DNA from: Aplysia californica
Taxonomy: Eukaryota
Direction of reading: 5' to 3'
NCBI RefSeq assembly: GCF_000002075.1
Contig: NW_004797812.1
Span: 231,835-295,834 of the forward strand
DNA length: 64,000 nt
Numbering within the stretch: position 1 is the stretch's first letter; each line of letters begins with the position of its first letter. Both the position numbers and the translations under genes were made by a program. Below are positions 39,873 through 48,800 of this stretch, piece after piece. The notes beneath the pieces are model-generated. The model did no database searches and had not been told where the DNA came from. It saw only the letters and a program-made list of their open reading frames with translations.

Positions 39873-42800
39873 GCGCGCACACAAACAAATAAAAACACTC
39901 AGGGGGCATATAGGCCAAGTAATTTATGGACACCCCTGGAAAAATTCGAAGTCAGCTTTGGCAGTCACCTTGGTGATTTGCTGTTGATACCGATTTTTTT
40001 CATCAAATCCCGATTTTTTCTCCATGAGATCCTGATTTTGAGGTTTCATAGAGTTGCAGGTCTGTGAGAACGAGAGGAGCTTTCTAATGCAAGGAATGCC
40101 CAGTCAAAAGATATTGATTTTATCTGTTTTAGCACCTATAAATGGCAGCTTGCCCTGTATGCTTCCCAGGAAGTTGAGATTGTTTCAGAATGCTATCAAG
40201 TCTGCTGGGGTAATAATATAGATTGTAAACCACAGAGCTTGCTGTTGAGCAGGAATTTGCACTGAAAAAATGCTATGTGTTATTATTATTTGTTTCTCAT
40301 TTCACATTCTCCTTCTTTCCCAGACTCCTGGCGTTACAGCAGCAGATGGTGGGTGGGGAGAATGCAGACAACGAACAGTTTAAGGAAGCTCATGACAAGA
40401 AAATGCAGCATGCTGAAGACATCAGGCAAAAACTGGACAGTAAGTTTCACTTTCATAGTCATAGTCGCCTTCCAAATAGCTATAACATAGAGCTTTCAGA
40501 TTGCTTTTAATGAATGTTGTTCAAATTGAATCGAAGTACATCAATCTGTTTCCTGATTTTATTCTTTAAAAAATCGTGATGTAAGGCACATTTTCAGTAT
40601 ATTGTGGAAAGCTTTTTTCAAAACAAAATTAGGTTTATGTTAATACTTCATATTGAAATGGGTCTGAATTAAAATGTAATAAGAAATGATCTAGCCTTTT
40701 TTTTAAAATTTCGAACATCTGTTCTTCCTACTGAGCAAAGATATGTATTTGTTCTTAGCAGAAAAGAACATGAATATGTATTCAAGATTCATCTGTCGCA
40801 ATGCTATAGTTGTAAAAACTATATTTCTTTCTGTTCAGAGGCTAACAAGAAAATGGAAGATGATGGCATAGTGCTCAACATCTTTGACAATGTGCAGGAT
40901 GAAATCAAAGCAAAGAACCAAGTTCTGGAAGAGAGGAAGCAGCGGGTGAGTGGTTGCTAGGAATACAAGGGGTGTGTGATGCTGTGTCTATTGTCATTAA
41001 AATTTCTTGTAAAATTAATATGTGTCTCGACGGGGTGGAATCAGGCGCTCGTCAATTTTTGGGCATATGGAGTTATTGGTATCATCTGAAAGCTGATTTA
41101 TTCGCCTTGTTTCCAATGAAATAAATATCATCTGTCTTGAATAGAACTCAAGATATTTGTGATTGAAGGAAGTAAGGTCGCTTGGTTTCAGTGGTGAAAT
41201 TAGCGAGAAAATGGCCACCAAAGTTAGGTAAATCCAATGTCTAAAGAGTCTTTGAAAACTGAAAAATGACATATTTTGTGTCTTTAACTCATTCGCTACG
41301 CATTATTTTCGGCTCGTGGATGAATATTTTTCGGGAGGGCGAATGAGATGATGACTAGTGTGCAGTTCACAGGTCTTTGGGGCCACAAATTCAAATAAAT
41401 ATCAACGTGTTATATACCAATATTTTCAGTATGGTTTGTAGAATACATCTGTAATGTTTATTCATGTATTTTTCAACTTTGGTTCCCATAAGAGGCAATT
41501 ATGCAACACAATTTTGATTGGATGCGGATAAAATTTGAAAATAAAAAAATTAACAATCTTTGGCGAAACTCAAAAACTATGTTTGCACCTAGTCAAATGA
41601 TACATCAAAATAGCCATAAATGAATATAGAACTGGAAAATATTGAAAAGTTTGCAGTTATTTCCATACATTCCATAATATTTGTACATTTGGATCATAAC
41701 ATCCGATATTGAAAAAAAAATTTTTTTTTATAATCTTGAAAAACGATCTAAAACAGAAAAAAACCCACTCGCATCTTATATGGAATTATTCAGAATTGCA
41801 TTTGGAATAAACCTATACATGTCTTGAGTGGCACTTTTTGTGTAATTTCATCAAAAAGTAGTGATTTTGGGGAGAAAAAAATATTTTGACAATTTAGATA
41901 TCTAGACCTAGATCTGGCACTCAAAAATATTGATTTCTCAATAACAGCCTAGTGCATTGGCAATATGAGCCTAATCGTTTCCATGTTATAAAAAAGAGTC
42001 CTACACTTCTTTAGTGGGCAAAATAATGATAGATTTTGTCGTGTAAAATTACTAAGACTGGTGTCCGGGCTATAATTTTGGCATCTCGATAAAACAAAGT
42101 CGAATAAATTACAAAATCGCATTTCAAAACTGAATCTAAACTTCCGATTTTCAAGGGAAATGCTTGACCCGAAAGTCAACATTATGTTATGACTTTTATT
42201 TTAACATGGATATGTGGATTGGAATAGAATCTAAGCTAAAATTTAAGATGGGTTCTCGAGCCCGTACTGACGGCACTTTAGCCGCGCCGCCCCCCACGGC
42301 TCGGCGTAGCGAATGAGTTAATAGATGTGTTTCAGTAAAATTCACATGGAAATGTGTTTTTATATGGACATAAAAGAGTTTGAGCCAAAAAATAAAAATG
42401 CAATAAAAATGTCCAAACTGGTGGAAAAATGCCTGTTTCTCAGATTCCTGTATATTGACTATCACTTAATTTCACCTCCTGAGTCTCAATGTACATTTTC
42501 TGTGTATTTTCAGTTTCAGTCAATATGTCATTTTATTACATATATTAACTCATTCGCTATGCCGAGCCATGGGCAGTGGCACGACGAAAGTGTCTTCCGT
42601 ACGCCAAGCTGCCCCCGACGGCTTGAGACCCATCTATAATTCTAGCTTAGATTTTACTCCAATCCACATATCTATGCTAAAATAAAGGTTATAATATAAC
42701 ATTGACTTCCAGGTCAAGTGTTTCCGCCGAAAATCGGATGTTTATATTCAGTTTTGAATCACGATTTCGAAGTTTATACTTTGTTTTATCGCGATGCCCA

Positions 42801-45800
42801 AATTATAGCCCATACACCAGTCTTAGTACTTTAATACAACAAAATGTATAATTATTTTGCTCACTAAAGAAATGCAAGACTCTGTTTAGAAAATTGATAC
42901 TATTGGACTCAAATTGAAAGTGATCTGTTATTGAGAAATCAATATTTTTCAGTGCTAGATCTAGGTCCAGATCTAAATTGTCAAAATACTTTTTTTCTCC
43001 CCGAAATCACTATTTTTTGGTGAAATTACACAAAAAGCACCTCTCAAGACATTTATAGGTTCATTCCAAATGCTATTCTGAATAATTTCATATAAGATTC
43101 AAGTGTTTTTTTTCTGTTTGAGAATACATCTCGTCCTTTTTCAAGATTATAATTTTTTAAAATAATTTTCAATATCGGATGTTATGATCCAAAAGTACAA
43201 ATTATATGGAATGTATGTAAATAGCTGCAAATTTTTTAATATTTTCCTGTCCTATATTCATTTATGGTTATTTTGATGTATCATTTGACTAGGTGCGTAC
43301 ATATTTTTTTAGTTTCACCAAAGATTATTAGTTTTATATTTTCAAATTTTATCCGCATCCAAACAAAATTGTGTTGCATAATCGCCTCTTACCGGAACCA
43401 AAGTTGAAAAATACCGAAATAAACATTACAGATGTATTCTACAAACCATACTGAAAATTTTGTTTATAATATGTTGATATTTATTTGAATTTGTTACCCC
43501 AAAGGCCTGTGAATTGCGCATTAGTCACCGTCTCATTTCGCCCTCCAAAAACAAATTCGTCCACAAGCCAAAAATAATACGTAGCGAATGGGTTAAGATA
43601 AATTCTGTCTGCAAATGGGAAATAACTCATCTTTGGCGGCCACTTTCTCACTAATTTTAGATCTGAAACCAGGTGACCTCCACCCCCTTCATTTGCAAAT
43701 GTCTCGACTTGTATTCCAGATAAATGGATATTTTTTTCATCCAAAGTAAGACAAAAGAACAAGCTTTAAGATAATACCAATAACTCTACATGCCTAAAAA
43801 TTGACAAGAGCCTGATTCTGTGGCGTCGTGACACATATGTGAAAACAAAATGCTAAAGCTGTTTTATATGTATTTATATGGAAATGATTGATTTATTATA
43901 CTTTTGCTTCAGGATGTTCTGATTTTGACCTGATCCTATTTTTGCCTCTGAGAAAGATACTATCTAACAATATTTTCCTTTTAGAACAACAATATCATGA
44001 TTATTATCAAAGACTAGAAGACAATATCACATTTCAGAAAAAAACATTTGGCTAATAGAAAAGAAAGAGAAAATAAAAGAAATATAATATGCCAGTTCGC
44101 TTTCTTTTCTTTAGTTCTGCTATTTCTGTACTTCTGTACTTTCTCTGTTTCTGTGTCTATACTTTGAGTGTATAGATTGAAAGTCTTGAGCAGCATTTTT
44201 GCCTCTGTGCTATGTGTGTATAGATTGAAAGTACTGAGCAGTATTTTTGTCTCTGTGCTATGTGTGTATAGATTGAAAGTCTTGAGCGGGACATCATTGA
44301 CGTCCAATCTGAATTTGAGTTTGACCGCATCGAGTACCTGGACATGATCCGTAAGCAAGACAAGCAGCTAGCCTACCTGGAGGCGGTAATAGAGCGGATA
44401 CATCCGTGTCTCCGCCGTGACTGCAATTTCTACAACCTGGACCGTGTGCGCATGGAGAGCCATTACAATGAGGAGGAGGAGAAGTGGATCCTGCCTAAGA
44501 TGACCATCGAGAGGACGGCGCTGCCCGTCACTGGTCAGTGCCTGTTGTGTGCTGGTGATGAATTGTGTGCATATCTATGTGGCTTTCTTGGTATATTTAC
44601 TGACAGTGGAATCCGTTTAAACTGAAATCTGCAGGACACCGGGTTTTCTTTGGTTTAGCCATGTTTTCGGTTTAGAGAAGTTTCTCAAATAGAAGGTTTA
44701 GCCAGGTTTCCTGCTCTTTTTAGATTAAAAGTGTTCAGTTTAAGCAGACCCCACTACATTTTAATACATCAAGGTGCTTGGTTGCAAAACGGTCAGTCGT
44801 ACAGCATCTATCTTGTTTGTTGACAGAAAGGTCACATTTGGCATGGAAAGGAAGGGTATCAAAATGTGGAACTTGGTCAGTTGTAATGGATTTATAGCTG
44901 AGATAGATAGTTCTGCAGTCTATGTAAATAAAAATACCCACACCCCTGGATTTGCATAAATAAACAGATTTTTCTAACTGTTTTCTCTCTTTTTTCATCC
45001 CGTCCTCCTTTTCCCTTTGTAGCAGCAGGATGACTAAACACTCACTGCGATGTAGGGTCTGGGTTCAGTTCTTTAAATGAATAGTTAGTCATGTATGGGG
45101 AATTACCAATATAGTGTCCACATTTTCTTAGGAAAAGATTTTAGAAATACCAATGCTTGAAATAAAAAATGTAGTTTGCACCAGAGCACTCTTCAACTAC
45201 CTGACTTTAATTAGAAATGAATGTTTTCAAACACCAGCTATTGAAAGGTGAAGCTTGTACCCTTTCCTTGAGTGATTTCATGTTTTCCTGTCCTTAGGAA
45301 CGGTCCTGCCCAGCTCAAAGATGGACTCACGAAATCGACCAATGGGAATGAATGGGGATCACGACGATGACTTTGACGATGAGAGACTCAGGGAGGTCAG
45401 TTGGTTTTTGCCTTTCTTTCAAACTTGGTTTCGCTTTAGGTTTTCATTGTGATTTGTTGTTGAATGCTAGCTTGCTTTTCTTTCTATTAACTCTTTACAA
45501 CACCTTTACTGTTTTCATTCCACTGGTACCAGTGGGTGCCGTGGGAGAAACAATCATCTAGTCAACTGCTAGTCAAGTATCTCGGAGGAAGGCCAAGCAA
45601 TGGGCTCAGAGAATGTCATTTTTCATTACTCAATGTCTGAGTACTTGGATTTGACTAAAACATGTCTGCTTTGCTATGTGTAGTTTCCGTTCACAATCTG
45701 GCCATCAAAGTGGGTCATAGTTTTACTCCTTGGCACTGTGAAGTAGTTAAAGTAGAACATATCAAAATTTGTTTATCAATACACATTTTCCTGGTCCAGC

Positions 45801-48800
45801 AGCCTGTTCAACCTACACTCTTTGACATGTTTCCATAACATGAATTGTCCAAAGTTGGGGGACTTGGGTCTTTTCAAAAGTCTACGAAGCTCATTTTTAC
45901 TTAGATTACAAAGGACTGGGGTTATAGGGGGTTCTAGGGAGAGATAATACCTTTGTTGCTTGGCTGCTGCTTCCTACTTGTAGCACTGGTTCTCCCCCAG
46001 ACTCCTAAATCTCTCACATGGCTCCAAGTGCCATACCCAGGGACCTCGCCTCAGCAGGCATGCCAAACCGTGTAAGGGGATGATGTTAACACGACATCAC
46101 TGGGCGTAACCACAAGATGCCGTGACGGGCGAGGGCGGAAAAAGTTCCCAGATGAACCTAATGGCTTCGTGTTCAAGACCAAGGCGAGCCACCGGGTGGG
46201 AGGATTCCGGCTGTGGTCTGGCTTGGAGAGGGATGAGCTCCGCCATGCGACATTGCCCAAGAAACGCCAATGAAGATAACAACGAGAAAGAATCCCACAC
46301 CGGCTCGGTCGTCGCCCGGAACAAGGACCACCTCTTACGTTGATGGTCACCAGGACGAAACAGGAAGCTATGCTACTGGAAGACGAACAAAAAGTGTACG
46401 TGTCAGGGGAAACATTGGCACGTGGAATGTGAGAACCTTGAGAGAAGCAGGGAAGGTTGAGGAACTAGAGCACGAAATGAAAAGTTACCATTGAAACATC
46501 CTGGGATTTTGTGAGATGTGATGGAAGAACTTTGGAGAAACACCAACCCCATAAGGACATAAACTATACTTCAGTGGCAGAGAAGACCGCCATGAATATA
46601 GAGTTGGAATACTCATTTGTAAAGACACTGTGAACTCCGCCTTGGGTTGCCGACTAGTTTCCTGCCGACTCATAGCCATACGCTTGCATGGGTCTCAATA
46701 GTCCGCTATTTAGCGGATTTCCGCTACTGCCATTTCCTCCGTTAAACTCCGCTACCGCGACAGTGGGTCAATCAGAAAGAGAGTTGTTGGGAGCAGGGTG
46801 GTTGCCAGGTCCCGGGAATTTTTAAAAAATCGCCGAGCCCCGGGAAAATACTTAAAAGATCTCATATTTGAAAACCAAATTCAATAACGTCTTTAAGTTC
46901 ATTTCTACCGGTCGCGATTGTGATATTAATTGGGCTCAGAGAGTACGTTTCGCGCGAACTGGTGGTTTTGGCGGCAAGCGGAATTGTGTCACCTAGGTTC
47001 GACTAGAAAATCAAGATCTACTTTCGCTTTCGTTACCACCCAGAAATTTGTCAGTAATTGTCTGATATTAACGCAACAATTATTGTAACATGCAGGTTCG
47101 GCATTACAAACGTTGTGTCACCATGAAAATAAATCAACATTTCTCACTGTGCCGTCACTTATGGGGGCAACAAAAAGAAAAGAAAAGAAAGTTATAATAC
47201 AAGCGTCTTGCCGGGCTCGCCATTGTGACCGGTCAATGAACCTACGCGTGTTCTGGGCACTTCGAAGCACAGGACTCAGGAAAGGGGGGAGATTATTGAT
47301 TTTTTTTTTTAAGACGTGCTCGGGGATAGGGGGAGGGCTGGATGCAACACCAGAAGACGAAAAATCTGAAATTGGAAGAAAATATGTTTTATGTTTAGAA
47401 TTTTGATTACTACTACAGCTCTCTGCGAATTAAAGTATGCATTGGTGCAGGCCTTGTGTGAAAACGGGAACCGTCATAACTTGTAAGCGTGTTGTGGAAC
47501 TTTGGGGCCTAAGTGTTCGCGTTTTATTGGATTGGTGACAGTAAATTAGATCTCTGTATTTTAGCTTTCTGTTCAAGATTTGCAGATTTTCAATTTCACT
47601 GCTTTTTGCCCTCCCATAGTTCTTTTACACCTCTCACACTGAAAAGGTCTACTTGGGCTATACTACTGTACTTTGAGCGTTAATTTTTGTCTTTCACGTT
47701 TATTATGTAGGCCTATGATATGAATCATGACCGTTGATTTTCTGGTTCTAGGCTCAAAACAATATTCATTTTATATAGTTTATATATACAGGCGAATATG
47801 ATGAAGGGAAAAATTAATAAGTTGCTCAAGACCCCAGGCGCCACCACTTTCTGTACGTAATTAAGATTGTAAATATTTTGTACGTGACTCTTACTTGAAA
47901 TGATCTCCCAAACCCTCAAATTGGTGTGAAATAACCTTGTTTTGATAAATTAATGGTTTTTATTTCTGCATTCTAGGGTTCAACAGTATAATAATAATGG
48001 GTGTTTCGCGAAAATGGGCTTCTGTGGCGATCACCCGGAAAGTTTGAGACCCATGGCTTGAAAGCATCACCCTTCAACATCTCTGTCATCCAAGTAAATG
48101 CACCAACAACAGCACATGACGACACAGAAGTACTGGATGAAACACCAAAGAAGAATACCATTGTGGTACAGAGCAACCGGAATGCTAAGATCGGGGAAGA
48201 TGCAGTAAAAAACTGGGAAGGAATCTGCGGACCCTTCTGCAATACCAACACCAATGACAGAGGTCTATGGCTCCTGGTAATTGCCAGCTATAATGACCTA
48301 AACTGATGAACACTTTCAGCCCACATAAGGCATCAAGGAGATGGACGTGGTGCAGCCCAAGCGCAGATTTACATCAGATAGACTACATCATGGTCAAGCG
48401 TCGCTTTCAAAGCAATGTCAAAATTGCCGAGACGAAAGTTTTCCAGGAGCAGACATCGACAGTGATCACAACCTTGTCGGGGTGGTATTCTTACTGTGTC
48501 TTAAAAAGTGCTGGAAACAAGGAAACACCCTGATCAAGTTTAACCTTGAAAGACTCAAAGTCAAAGACCCAACCATATTAGAATGTTTTCAAGCAAACAT
48601 AGGAGGAAACTTTGCTCCACTCCTAGCGCTAAATCAAGATGATACAGAAGTTGACTCCCTGACAAACACTTTCTACACCGCCTTTACAGAAACAACAAAC
48701 GAGCTCCTTCTGAAACATCACATGAAAAAGAAGCTTTGGGTCACAGACGGCATCCTTGAACTATGTGACAAACAAAGAACTCTGAAGAACAAGAAAAATG

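Noticed and set aside
44176-44279. New intron created by the tandem duplication (GT 44183 to AG 44279)
   Set aside because: A 97-nt removal shifts the frame and the donor is poor
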